A DNA stretch of 64,000 bases from assembly GCA_964450845.1 (NCBI GenBank), contig CAYVGZ010000001.1:15060-79059 (forward strand). The letters are read 5' to 3'. This stretch comes from an uncultured Candidatus Bathyarchaeia archaeon. Lineage in GTDB: Archaea; Thermoproteota; Bathyarchaeia; Bathyarchaeales; Bathycorpusculaceae. Positions 8,031 to 16,936 of the stretch are shown piece after piece. The notes under the pieces were generated by a model that was given only the letters and a program-made list of their open reading frames with translations, ran no database searches and was not told the origin of the DNA. Numbering within the stretch: position 1 is the stretch's first letter; the number at the start of each line of letters is the position of its first letter. Made by a program: the position numbers and the translations under genes.

Positions 8031-8056
8031 TCTCACCTGGGTGGTGCCCGTTTTAT
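8031..8056. repeat. Direct repeat copy B
   Basis: See copy A, 414 bp upstream. This copy lacks the left arm of the terminator stem. Confidence 0.6.
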
Positions 8057-8074
8057 TTATCCTGCCAAAATAAC

Positions 8075-8086
8075 GACTATACTACA
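8075..8086 (+). promoter_or_regulatory. GACTATACTACA motif abutting ATG 8090 (possible promoter for a leaderless mRNA)
   Basis: TATACT at 8078-8083 lies 6 nt before the ATG. No SD precedes this ATG. TATACTACAG is duplicated at 8021-8030. Confidence 0.3.
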
Positions 8087-8089
8087 GCT

Positions 8090-8608
8090 ATGGAGACTAA
8101 ACGGTGTAAAATATGCTTAAGACTAGCTAAGTCTGGAGATCTTTGTGACTCTCATAAAAAAGTTTATATTTATGATAGCAAGTTAGATGGATATAGACTT
8201 AAGAAGAAAAAAAATGGGACTTCAACTAGATACATACCAAAGAAGTATCATAGTCACGAGATTAGTTTAACCAGATTGGTTGAGCATTTTTATGGCCCAA
8301 ATGAAGTGATAACAGGATTTCATCCTCTTTGGGCTGTATCAAAAAAGGGAGCATTGCTAGAATTCGATATATGTATACCATCTAAAAAGGTGTTAATAGA
8401 ATATAACGGTATACAACATTATGAGTTTACAGCATGTTTTCATAAGAATAAGACCAAGTTTTTAGAGCAACAGAGACGTGATAGGAAGAAACAGAAACTG
8501 GCCAAAAAGAATAATTATAAACTAATTATTTTTAAATATGATGAACCTCTTTTTGAAGATTATGTTATTAATAAGATACAAGGAGTAATAAATGGCAATA
8601 AGAACTAA
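8090..8608 (+). CDS. Free-standing endonuclease-like protein: N-terminal zinc ribbon plus Vsr/DUF559-like PD-(D/E)XK core
   Basis: N-terminus CKICLRLAKSGDLCDSH. Core is LLEFDICIPSKKVLIEYNGIQHYEF, matching the D-F...IE-x-x-G-x-x-H pattern of DUF559/Vsr-like nucleases. Confidence 0.45.
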   Translation: METKRCKICLRLAKSGDLCDSHKKVYIYDSKLDGYRLKKKKNGTSTRYIPKKYHSHEISLTRLVEHFYGPNEVITGFHPLWAVSKKGALLEFDICIPSKKVLIEYNGIQHYEFTACFHKNKTKFLEQQRRDRKKQKLAKKNNYKLIIFKYDEPLFEDYVINKIQGVINGNKN

Positions 8609-8796
8609 GTAGTAGACAAGAATATATAAAATAAATAGGAGATACATATGTCAGCTAGTGGTGGATTTTCAATGGGATTCAGCGATTGATTTGACTTTTA
8701 TAGCGGAGTCCTTCCCAGCAGCGGCGTATTAAGCCCTCCATTAATGAGTCAATACTGGCTCAATGAATTTAATAAACAGCAGGAGATAACTTATAT

Positions 8797-9159
8797 ATGG
8801 AACAGCTAATTATAACTGGGGCTACCGCTTCAGGTCTTATACAAGCTATTTCAGGATTAGGAACAGAGATTAGGTCAATCGAAATCGATGTTCCATTGAA
8901 TGAAGTAGGAACTACTGATCCATCCGTAACGCTTAGTGGATCGCTAACTGGAGTATATACTTTCCATAGCGATACTACACTCAATCTGAGATATGGCACT
9001 GAAGATATTTATGTTACTACAACGGACTTTGGCGCAGAATACTCAGCAATTATACGCTATGTAAGATACGGAGATCAGACTTGTTTACTTAACACAAGAA
9101 ACATGAGTGCAATTCCACTACCAAGTAGATTGACTCGAAGAACTCCAAGGTCATCATAA
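8797..9159 (+). CDS. Hypothetical protein (120 aa)
   Basis: ORF with AGGAG upstream. No motif recognised. Confidence 0.45.
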   Translation: MEQLIITGATASGLIQAISGLGTEIRSIEIDVPLNEVGTTDPSVTLSGSLTGVYTFHSDTTLNLRYGTEDIYVTTTDFGAEYSAIIRYVRYGDQTCLLNTRNMSAIPLPSRLTRRTPRSS

Positions 9160-9168
9160 GGAGTAGTT

Positions 9169-9894
9169 ATGGAATGGTTCATCGGTTTACCGCTTGCAGT
9201 ACAGATCATCAGTGTGATTCTATTCCTATTACTCCTTTTTGGACTTGGCTATATAGGAAAAGTTAATTTAAAATTTGGAAAAAATATAATAAGCTTTGGG
9301 CGAACAAGTAAAAGATCTTGTGGCGATTGTATATTATTATTAATGTCTAAGAGAGAACGATTTGATTCTCAGAGAAGTTTTATAATTGGAAGAATTCTTA
9401 AAGAACAGATGAACTTTGCTGAACAGAAAATAGTTGAAGTTCAAAATACTCTTCTAACATCATATAGAGATATACTTAATAGGAAATCAAAAGGTGTTAC
9501 TGGTCCTGAAGAAAATAAGCAGTACAGAATATACCAAGGAGTTCTTACTTCTGCATTCTTTTCTATTAAAGATGAGATTAGAAGATCTTTTAAAGAGAAC
9601 GGCTTTGAGAATCTTAGCGGCGCCGAGTTTTCAACGTATGTTCGTTCTAAACTAGTATCATTGGTTGCTCTTGGAAAAAGTCATATTAATGATCTTTATC
9701 CTTATGAAGGAATGCTTGTAACAACAGAAGATAGAATGAAAAATCTAGATGCTATGTTAGGTAAGCTTGAAGATATATGTTTTGAGCTATATATTAAGGC
9801 TAAAGATATTAAACTAGACGCCAAGAAGAAAGTAGAACTTCTTGAAAAAGAGTTCGCTAAAGAGATGGACGAATTTCTACAGGTCAAACGATAA
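9169..9894 (+). CDS. Membrane-anchored protein (possible lysis accessory/holin-like)
   Basis: N-terminal hydrophobic helix FIGLPLAVQIISVILFLLLLFGLGYIG followed by a coiled, charged domain. TAATG-coupled to the downstream M15 peptidase gene. Confidence 0.4.
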   Translation: MEWFIGLPLAVQIISVILFLLLLFGLGYIGKVNLKFGKNIISFGRTSKRSCGDCILLLMSKRERFDSQRSFIIGRILKEQMNFAEQKIVEVQNTLLTSYRDILNRKSKGVTGPEENKQYRIYQGVLTSAFFSIKDEIRRSFKENGFENLSGAEFSTYVRSKLVSLVALGKSHINDLYPYEGMLVTTEDRMKNLDAMLGKLEDICFELYIKAKDIKLDAKKKVELLEKEFAKEMDEFLQVKR

Positions 9895-10358
9895 TGGCTT
9901 CGAGAAATATAGAAGATTTAACAACTAAAATGCAGGAACTGTATAGACAATTCGCATTTAGAATGGGAATTGCAGGACTGGCATTTAAAATTACTTGTAC
10001 TGCTAGAACATCAGCAGAACAAGCAGCTTTGTATGCACAAGGAAGAAGTCCACTTAAAATTGTTAACGATTTGAGAGAAATTGCTGGGTTATCACCTATT
10101 TCTCAGAAAGAAAACAAGAAAGTAACTTGGACTACAAAATCTAAGCATATAATTGATAGTAATAATCCAAAGGCTAGGGCATTTGACATAGTTCTGATAA
10201 ATAATGGTAAAATTCACTGGGATATAAAGTCTGATGTGAACAAGAACCAAATACCAGACTATGAAGAGGCCGCTAGTATTGGAGAAGCTGTTGGACTCAA
10301 GGCAGGGGCAAGGTTTAAGATACCAGACTATCCTCATTTTGAAAGTCCAACTGAATAA
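9894..10358 (+). CDS. Peptidase M15 family cell-wall hydrolase (endolysin candidate, VanY/L-Ala-D-Glu peptidase-like)
   Basis: TCTARTSAEQAALYAQGR...SKHIIDSNNPKARAFDIV...DYPHFE. This is the H-x(n)-D ... H zinc-ligand pattern of M15 peptidases. Small size (154 aa). Confidence 0.65.
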   Translation: MASRNIEDLTTKMQELYRQFAFRMGIAGLAFKITCTARTSAEQAALYAQGRSPLKIVNDLREIAGLSPISQKENKKVTWTTKSKHIIDSNNPKARAFDIVLINNGKIHWDIKSDVNKNQIPDYEEAASIGEAVGLKAGARFKIPDYPHFESPTE

Positions 10359-10387
10359 TTAAAAAATAAAGAAATAGGAGAACTATA

Positions 10388-11863
10388 ATGGCAACTATTT
10401 ATGTTAATATTAATGAAGGATTTACCCAAACTGGGACTGCAGATGGATCTAGTGGTGATCCTTATGATTGGTCATGGCTAATTAATACTGGTAGGCTAAG
10501 TTCAAATGATTATAAACTTAAAGGAAGCAGAACTGCAGGATCTTTACCTGGTGGTTTTCAAGGTGGCACTACATTTGACTGGTGGAGCGAAGGCGATAAG
10601 CCTTGGAGAATTCAAGCCATATGGGGAAGTAGTACTTATGGTAATGTCACACCATCTAATGGTATCATATATTCGTCTGGCCTAGTTTATATGCAAACTG
10701 TCTTTACTAATATGTTTGTTAATGCCGACGCGAGTATTAGACCGACATCAAACAAAACATCTATTAATTGTACTTTTATATATAATACTACATATAGTTC
10801 TTGGGGAGAAGGCAACCCTGCGGGGTTTAGCGGATGTATAATTGATGCTTTAGCATCAGGTGCTAACGGTGCGGCTGGAAACATAACCTTTACACGTATT
10901 GCTACTAATAAGGCTAGCTTAGCAGAAATTCTTTCATCTTCAGCAATAGATGGTGGAAGCAACGTCTATGACCAAACATTTGGTTCAGTTCCAGCGTTTG
11001 ATGAGTCAGATCTATCTGCATTTAATTTGTTAGACAATTATGGCGTTGGTTTAACTTGGGCCGTGGCAGCTTCAACTCCTACCCAATGGGATACTAATCC
11101 AACAATTGCTGATAATACTACTGGAACAAGTGTAACTGCATCTGGTGTTATTAATCAAAGTGGTTATATTTATTCTGTCATTGTTCCTGCAGCAAGCGGT
11201 GCGCCTTCTGCAGAACAGATTGCAGCAGGGCAAGACTCAGCTAGCGGCGCACTAGGTGCGGGTTTTTATGACAGTGAAGAAGTGTCAGACAGTGGAGTGT
11301 ATGCTAGCCTCTCTGGTTATGGCCTAACCTCTGAGACAGAATATACAATGTATCTAGTAGGTTCTGGATATGATGGCGGACTGATGAGCTCAGGATGGGC
11401 ACTAGACTTTACAACACCAGACGTTACTGGACCAGCATGGGCAGCAGGCTATCCATTAATTACACCTAACTCAATAACTCAATCTTACGCAACATTAGAT
11501 CTAAAGCTTAATGATGCTGGGAGCTGTTATTTTGTTGTAGTTCCATCTGGATCATCTGCCCCAAGTGCAGCTCAGATTAAAGCATTTACTGATGCTAACG
11601 ATACTGCAATTGCTGCGGGTCTATATGGTTCTGGTGTATTAGTTGCAAATACTGAAAAAACTCTTAATGTTACTGCACTTAAATACTCTCAGTACTATAC
11701 CATTTATGTGGTAGGAGAAGATGACGCAGGTAATGCTACAAGTCCAGCGGTTGTTTCAGCAAGCTTTAGGGCAGCAGTTCCTCGACCAGGGGCACCGTCT
11801 AACCTATTCATGAGAAATGTAGAACAGCGCAGGAAACTTGATAACGCATTAAGAAATATGTAA
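10388..11863 (+). CDS. Surface/structural protein with two tandem Ig/FN3-like repeats
   Basis: Two repeats of about 110 aa: YIYSVIVPAASGAPSAEQIAAGQD...YTMYLVG and CYFVVVPSGSSAPSAAQIKAFTD...YTIYVVGEDDAGN. The N-terminal half is Gly/Ser/Thr-rich. Confidence 0.45.
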   Translation: MATIYVNINEGFTQTGTADGSSGDPYDWSWLINTGRLSSNDYKLKGSRTAGSLPGGFQGGTTFDWWSEGDKPWRIQAIWGSSTYGNVTPSNGIIYSSGLVYMQTVFTNMFVNADASIRPTSNKTSINCTFIYNTTYSSWGEGNPAGFSGCIIDALASGANGAAGNITFTRIATNKASLAEILSSSAIDGGSNVYDQTFGSVPAFDESDLSAFNLLDNYGVGLTWAVAASTPTQWDTNPTIADNTTGTSVTASGVINQSGYIYSVIVPAASGAPSAEQIAAGQDSASGALGAGFYDSEEVSDSGVYASLSGYGLTSETEYTMYLVGSGYDGGLMSSGWALDFTTPDVTGPAWAAGYPLITPNSITQSYATLDLKLNDAGSCYFVVVPSGSSAPSAAQIKAFTDANDTAIAAGLYGSGVLVANTEKTLNVTALKYSQYYTIYVVGEDDAGNATSPAVVSASFRAAVPRPGAPSNLFMRNVEQRRKLDNALRNM

Positions 11864-11873
11864 GGGAGAAAAG

Positions 11874-12545
11874 ATGGTACCAAATCTGAGAGATAATTCT
11901 GCTCAGACCCATCTGGATATATTGAAGCAAGAAGACCCTGATATTCAGAGTCTTCTTGCTGTCTATCCAGAGGAGATGGCGGAAAAGATATTAGCTAATA
12001 AGAAAAAATTAGGGAAAGTTATAAAAGTATTCCAAAGTATGAAGAATTATACTGACACGAATACAATTATAATGACTTGTGATACAAATAAATGTCCTTA
12101 TAAAGATGTATGTATTTTAAAAATAAATGATATGGCTCCAGATGGATATTCTTGTCCTGTGGAAAAGAAGCTAGTTATAGAACTTGAAACTGATATTGTA
12201 CAGTCTCTTGGTATAGATAGAAATGATCCTATAGAAATGGAATTGCTATGGGATTTAATAGATACTAAGTTACTGGATATGAGAACCTCTGGCTTCTTAA
12301 AGAATGGAGCCGTCACCCAACTAGCAACACAACAAGTTGCTAAGGTTGTTCAAACCAAAGAAGAGTTGTCGCCGACCTTGATGGTAAAACTTGATATTAA
12401 ACGCCTAAAGCATAGCATTATAGATGCCTTTGTAGCTACACGTAGAGCTAAGAAAAAATATGGCATGCAGAATGATGTAGGTACAATTGAAACGCTTATT
12501 CTTGCAGCAGCGAGAAAGAATCAAATTGAGGAGAAGAGCGAATAA
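11874..12545 (+). CDS. Hypothetical protein (223 aa), weak small-terminase candidate by position only
   Basis: Cys cluster CDTNKCPYKDVC...YSCP. Lies upstream of the packaging genes. No diagnostic motif. Confidence 0.25.
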   Translation: MVPNLRDNSAQTHLDILKQEDPDIQSLLAVYPEEMAEKILANKKKLGKVIKVFQSMKNYTDTNTIIMTCDTNKCPYKDVCILKINDMAPDGYSCPVEKKLVIELETDIVQSLGIDRNDPIEMELLWDLIDTKLLDMRTSGFLKNGAVTQLATQQVAKVVQTKEELSPTLMVKLDIKRLKHSIIDAFVATRRAKKKYGMQNDVGTIETLILAAARKNQIEEKSE

Positions 12546-13687
12546 TGGCATCAGTACCGCTTATGATAACTCGAGATATGAAACAACAACTTTTAGATCT
12601 AGGTTGGACTAAAGCTGAAATTGTTCTCATGACTCCTGAAGAAGCTCACGCCAGACTTAAACTGGGTGTTAGTAAAGCGGGTATTGAAGCAAATGTTCGC
12701 ATGGCTAAGGAAGGTATAATCGATCCAGGTGGCATAGAAGTTAGTAGGATTAATCCTGAAACTGGCTTGAGAGAAGAATTTGTTACATCGCGCATTACCG
12801 CAACACCTAAAGCAGTTAACCCAGATAAAGTACAAGTGCAACTAGAGGAGCCTCATCTTGAAGATACTAAGGTTAGACATAAGGTTGAAACTCTTAAACA
12901 ACAAGACGTTAAACAACAGCCTGCTCAACGAATGGATCAAAGAACTAGGCGAAAAGCTGCAGCTAGAAAAGCTAGGGCTGTTAAGGATACTAATCTAGAT
13001 GCAATTCAGCTTAAGACTAATACTGCTCAAGATAGAAAAGAAAATGCTAGGCATTCTGAGACTCTTTCTAAGCAAGATAAAGTAGTACAAGAAGCTAAAG
13101 CAAATGCCGATGTTCAATCTGAACCAATTAGTGCTACTGAAAAAGCATATAAAGAACAAGCAGAAAAGATAAAAGATAAACCTAAAGGTAGAGTTGGAAT
13201 AAAGAATAGTCGAGCTCGTCGAAGAATTAGAGCGCGACAACTAGGACCGTTCAAAGGCGGGGGATGGAAACTTTTCGAAAAAGATGTGGCTGGCATGTAT
13301 AAGCGTTCTAGCAGGTTTATGAACAGGCTTGCTAAAGAAAGCAAAGTTGGAGAAATTGCAGCAAAGATTTTTAAGCAAGGTTGGGCTAGAAAAACTATAG
13401 CTGGGTTAGGAATTACATTAGCAGTTAATCTTGGATTAGGTGCAGTTAAAAGAGCATTTCCACAACCAAGAGTCATTCCAGAAGACTATGAAAGAGGATA
13501 TGATGTTATGTCAGAATATTTAACTGACTTTGGATCTCCTCTTAATCTAGCAAAGGCCGCGCATAAAGTGCTAAGACCTTATTACTCGTCTGTTAGGTCT
13601 TCATTAAGAACCAATGTTAATACAATTATTAACAACAATGTCGCTCTTAAAGCACATAAATATGCAATTGGACATACGAGGTACTAA
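12545..13687 (+). CDS. Basic Lys/Arg/Ala-rich protein with C-terminal hydrophobic segment
   Basis: 380-aa ORF, TAATG-coupled. Long charged low-complexity centre, then TIAGLGITLAVNLGLGAV. Confidence 0.5.
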   Translation: MASVPLMITRDMKQQLLDLGWTKAEIVLMTPEEAHARLKLGVSKAGIEANVRMAKEGIIDPGGIEVSRINPETGLREEFVTSRITATPKAVNPDKVQVQLEEPHLEDTKVRHKVETLKQQDVKQQPAQRMDQRTRRKAAARKARAVKDTNLDAIQLKTNTAQDRKENARHSETLSKQDKVVQEAKANADVQSEPISATEKAYKEQAEKIKDKPKGRVGIKNSRARRRIRARQLGPFKGGGWKLFEKDVAGMYKRSSRFMNRLAKESKVGEIAAKIFKQGWARKTIAGLGITLAVNLGLGAVKRAFPQPRVIPEDYERGYDVMSEYLTDFGSPLNLAKAAHKVLRPYYSSVRSSLRTNVNTIINNNVALKAHKYAIGHTRY

Positions 13688-14238
13688 TGAATCTATTTAA
13701 AGCATTTACTAAGGGAGCAGCAGGCCAATTTTTTAATAGGGCTAGCGCCAAAGCAGCAAGGATGCCGAAAACAATGGCTGGACTTAAGCCTGCTTCTATT
13801 TTTAAAAAGGCTACTACTGCCGCCAGATATACGTTTACTGCCTCTAACCTAAAACAAGACTACGGATATCGTGCCGTTCGGGCTATTGCTAAGTCTAAGG
13901 CAGGGAAAGCGCTAGGGGCTATTGGTAAGTTTGCAGCCTATACCGCGCCTAAAGCAGCTGCTAGAACAATTGTTGGAGCAGGAAGAGCAATCGGTCCAGT
14001 TGGATTACTCTCAGTTGGAGCGGTAGCTATGATTGGCGTAGGTATTATGCGCGGCATGAATAATGCAGCCAAGGATTATGTGCTTGAGAGATATATGGCA
14101 GACCAGAGGTTTGCGAGAGATATATTACTTCAAAGTCGTGTAGGCGTATCTATGGGAACAAATAAAATGAATAGAATGGGCAGCACGATGGGTTTAAGTA
14201 ATGCACTATCAAGAACTAGACACGGAGCAAGCTACTAA
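13687..14238 (+). CDS. Basic Ala/Lys-rich protein with Gly/Ala hydrophobic segment
   Basis: 183-aa ORF, TAATG-coupled. Contains GPVGLLSVGAVAMIGVGIM. Confidence 0.5.
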   Translation: MNLFKAFTKGAAGQFFNRASAKAARMPKTMAGLKPASIFKKATTAARYTFTASNLKQDYGYRAVRAIAKSKAGKALGAIGKFAAYTAPKAAARTIVGAGRAIGPVGLLSVGAVAMIGVGIMRGMNNAAKDYVLERYMADQRFARDILLQSRVGVSMGTNKMNRMGSTMGLSNALSRTRHGASY

Positions 14239-15110
14239 TGGCATACGATGCATACGGCGGACAACAAGAAGAATTTAATGTAAAAAGCACACTTGCTGAT
14301 TATATAACTCCTGCTTCCTTAATAAAATATAAGTATCTTTACGATCCTTCTACTTATAGTGCAACTAAAGGATTATGGACTCCTGTTGGCGGTATTGCTG
14401 ATTTTAAAAAGGGATTTACTGCTACTCGTTCAGCCTTTAAAAAAGGTTTCTGGCCTGGAATAAAGACCGCTGGTAAAGAAATGTGGTACTTTGGTCCTTT
14501 AGGTAAAGACCATAGGGCAGCTTGGTCTGATCCTAGAAATCTACAAAAAGCAGAACAAGCTCTTAGAAAGACCAAATCTGATATCTCAACTTCTAAAAGA
14601 AGAATTTCAGAAATTAATGAAACCCTAGCTAAGAAAGCTAGGGCTGTACCGAAGGATACAGTTTTAAGAGGTAGGGCATTTGAACATCAAATTAGAGATT
14701 ATAAGATGTATTCAGGCAAATCCTCAAAACTTATAGCTAAACATACCCAGAAAATAACAGCACTAGAATCTAAACTTGGGTCATTAAATTTAAAAGTGTT
14801 TGGCGGTAAGATGTCTGAGTTTGGATTAAAAGTAGGTAGAGGTGTTACATACGGAATGTGGGCAATGACTCTTTGGGAAATGGGTAAAATGATAGGTGAA
14901 CCAATCGGAAGATATATTGTCGATAATATTAATAGGGTGTCAGAAGAGCATTCAAATAGATTTTCTCCTGAGATGGGAGGAAAAATTGCATTGGGCTATC
15001 TTAGCACTGGCGCGGCTACTGAGAGACAGCGCGCTGTTGAAGCTATTTCTAGATCTTATATTAATGGTAGGTCAGCTCTTGGTCAAGAAGCAATGTTTTT
15101 ACACGGGTAG
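14238..15110 (+). CDS. Hypothetical basic protein (290 aa)
   Basis: TAATG-coupled ORF. The only TAG stop among the listed ORFs. Confidence 0.5.
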   Translation: MAYDAYGGQQEEFNVKSTLADYITPASLIKYKYLYDPSTYSATKGLWTPVGGIADFKKGFTATRSAFKKGFWPGIKTAGKEMWYFGPLGKDHRAAWSDPRNLQKAEQALRKTKSDISTSKRRISEINETLAKKARAVPKDTVLRGRAFEHQIRDYKMYSGKSSKLIAKHTQKITALESKLGSLNLKVFGGKMSEFGLKVGRGVTYGMWAMTLWEMGKMIGEPIGRYIVDNINRVSEEHSNRFSPEMGGKIALGYLSTGAATERQRAVEAISRSYINGRSALGQEAMFLHG

Positions 15111-15118
15111 GAGAAGGA

Positions 15119-16936
15119 ATGAGTGTATTGAAAAATATAGCGTCGAAAGACGTACTTGATCTTTTTACAGACCCAGTAAAATGGTGCGAAGCATTTTTAA
15201 GAAATCCAAATGACAAAGATAAATCATTTGAGCTTAGGTCATATCAACGCGAGATATTAACAGAAACAAGAACCAGTAGGCGTATTATTTTAAGATATGG
15301 TCGCCGCATGGGTAAATCTATTACAATGTGCGCAGACACATTATGGTGGTGTTCGGCGTATCCAATTGTTAGGATGATCGAAGAGGGCAGACAAAGACAG
15401 TTACCATATACAATTATAATAGCTACTCCGTATGAAACTCAAATTAAAGAATTATGGTCTGTATATACGGCATTGATTGCTGATTCACCCTTATTACGAG
15501 AACAAATAATTAAAATCAGGACATCAGACATTCATACAATTGAGTTTGATAGTGGTTCTATAATTAAAGGATATACAATCGGTATATCTTCTTCTAATAG
15601 AGGCACATCTTTACGTTCTCTTTCTGCTGATATGGTGTTCTTGGATGAGATGGATTTTATTCCAAGAGAAATCATAGAACAGGTCATAATGCCTATTTGG
15701 ACTACTCACCCAGATACTAGGTTGAGAGTATGTTCTACACCAAGCGGACAAAGATCCTTGTTCTATGAATGGTGTACTAAAGCAGATGAACTTGGTTGGC
15801 TACATAGACACTATCCTTCTTGGCATCCTGATAATACTAACTGGCTATCTATTGAACAGGCAAAGGCTAAAGGAATGCCAGTCACAGAAAGCACAGAGTA
15901 TCAGGTCAAAGCTATAACCTCTGCAGCGAACTACGAACGAGAATATGGTGCTGAATTTGGTGAAGAATTCGGCGGAGTTTATAAGAGCCATATGATTGCT
16001 AAGTGTCTTAAAAAGTATGCTAGGAACATTGATATCACAAATCCAGAAATATTTGATCCAGGGTTTGAGCAGAATCCAAATAATTTATATATAATTGGAG
16101 TAGACTGGAATAGTTATATTAACGGAGGCCAAGTTGTTTTAGTAGAATATTGTAGAGAACGAACAATATCTCAATTCTATGACGATGATTCTGGAACAGA
16201 AGTTACAGTTGATTTTACTGGAAAGTATCGTCTGTTTTATAGACGAGGAATAACTTCCAGGGATGCTACTCAAAGAAAAACAAGAGAAGAAATTATTAGA
16301 CTACTAAGAACTCGTAAGATAGATTTTATCTATGTAGACTATGGTGCAGGAGATACCAATATAGAGGAGCTTACTCTATATGGAAGAGATCATCCTGAGC
16401 TTCATTTAAATACTAAACTAAAGGTAATAGATTCTGGTGCTTCAGTTGAGCACTTTGATCCTGTTCTTGGAAAACTAGTTAAGAAACGTAATAAATCTTT
16501 AATGGTTAACTTTTCAGCTCTTAATTTGGAAGAAAACATGTATATCTTGCCCAAAGAAGAAGACGAGCCAAAAAGACTAGTTGGTCAGATGAGAGGGTAC
16601 CAAGTTAAGAATGTTACTAATAGAGGAGACTATACTTATGAAGGTGAAGACCATATACTAGACGCATTTAACCTAGCTATATACGGGTTCCAAAAAGAAT
16701 TTGGATCTATTCTTAATAATAAAATAACATATCGTATAGTCTTTATGAATGATCCTAGGTTTAGTGATTATCCTACTAGAAACCAAGAAGCTGTTAGCCC
16801 AGTTGGGTCAAAACAGACTTCAATGAGAGTATCTGATCCAGAAAAAATTATACAGAGAGCTAAAATGCCAGTTAGAATAAAGATGCCAACTGCCAGACAA
16901 AATATAAATTTTAGAACATCTAGAGGAACATTTTAA
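15119..16936 (+). CDS. terL: Terminase large subunit
   Basis: Walker A LRYGRRMGKSIT, Walker B/catalytic MVFLDEMDF. C-terminal nuclease-type acidic motifs IIGVDWN and FIYVDYGAGD. Size 605 aa. Confidence 0.85.
   Translation: MSVLKNIASKDVLDLFTDPVKWCEAFLRNPNDKDKSFELRSYQREILTETRTSRRIILRYGRRMGKSITMCADTLWWCSAYPIVRMIEEGRQRQLPYTIIIATPYETQIKELWSVYTALIADSPLLREQIIKIRTSDIHTIEFDSGSIIKGYTIGISSSNRGTSLRSLSADMVFLDEMDFIPREIIEQVIMPIWTTHPDTRLRVCSTPSGQRSLFYEWCTKADELGWLHRHYPSWHPDNTNWLSIEQAKAKGMPVTESTEYQVKAITSAANYEREYGAEFGEEFGGVYKSHMIAKCLKKYARNIDITNPEIFDPGFEQNPNNLYIIGVDWNSYINGGQVVLVEYCRERTISQFYDDDSGTEVTVDFTGKYRLFYRRGITSRDATQRKTREEIIRLLRTRKIDFIYVDYGAGDTNIEELTLYGRDHPELHLNTKLKVIDSGASVEHFDPVLGKLVKKRNKSLMVNFSALNLEENMYILPKEEDEPKRLVGQMRGYQVKNVTNRGDYTYEGEDHILDAFNLAIYGFQKEFGSILNNKITYRIVFMNDPRFSDYPTRNQEAVSPVGSKQTSMRVSDPEKIIQRAKMPVRIKMPTARQNINFRTSRGTF

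Noticed and set aside
8648-8689. Tiny ORF MSASGGFSMGFSD with a good SD (TAGGAGA, 6 nt before the ATG).
   Set aside because: The start signals are good, but it is only 13 codons with no recognisable family. I cannot distinguish a leader peptide from chance, so I left it unannotated.
8691-8696. TTGACT hexamer as the -35 of a promoter for the 8797 gene.
   Set aside because: There is no -10-like hexamer at 16-18 nt spacing. The nearest, TATTAA, is about 30 nt away.
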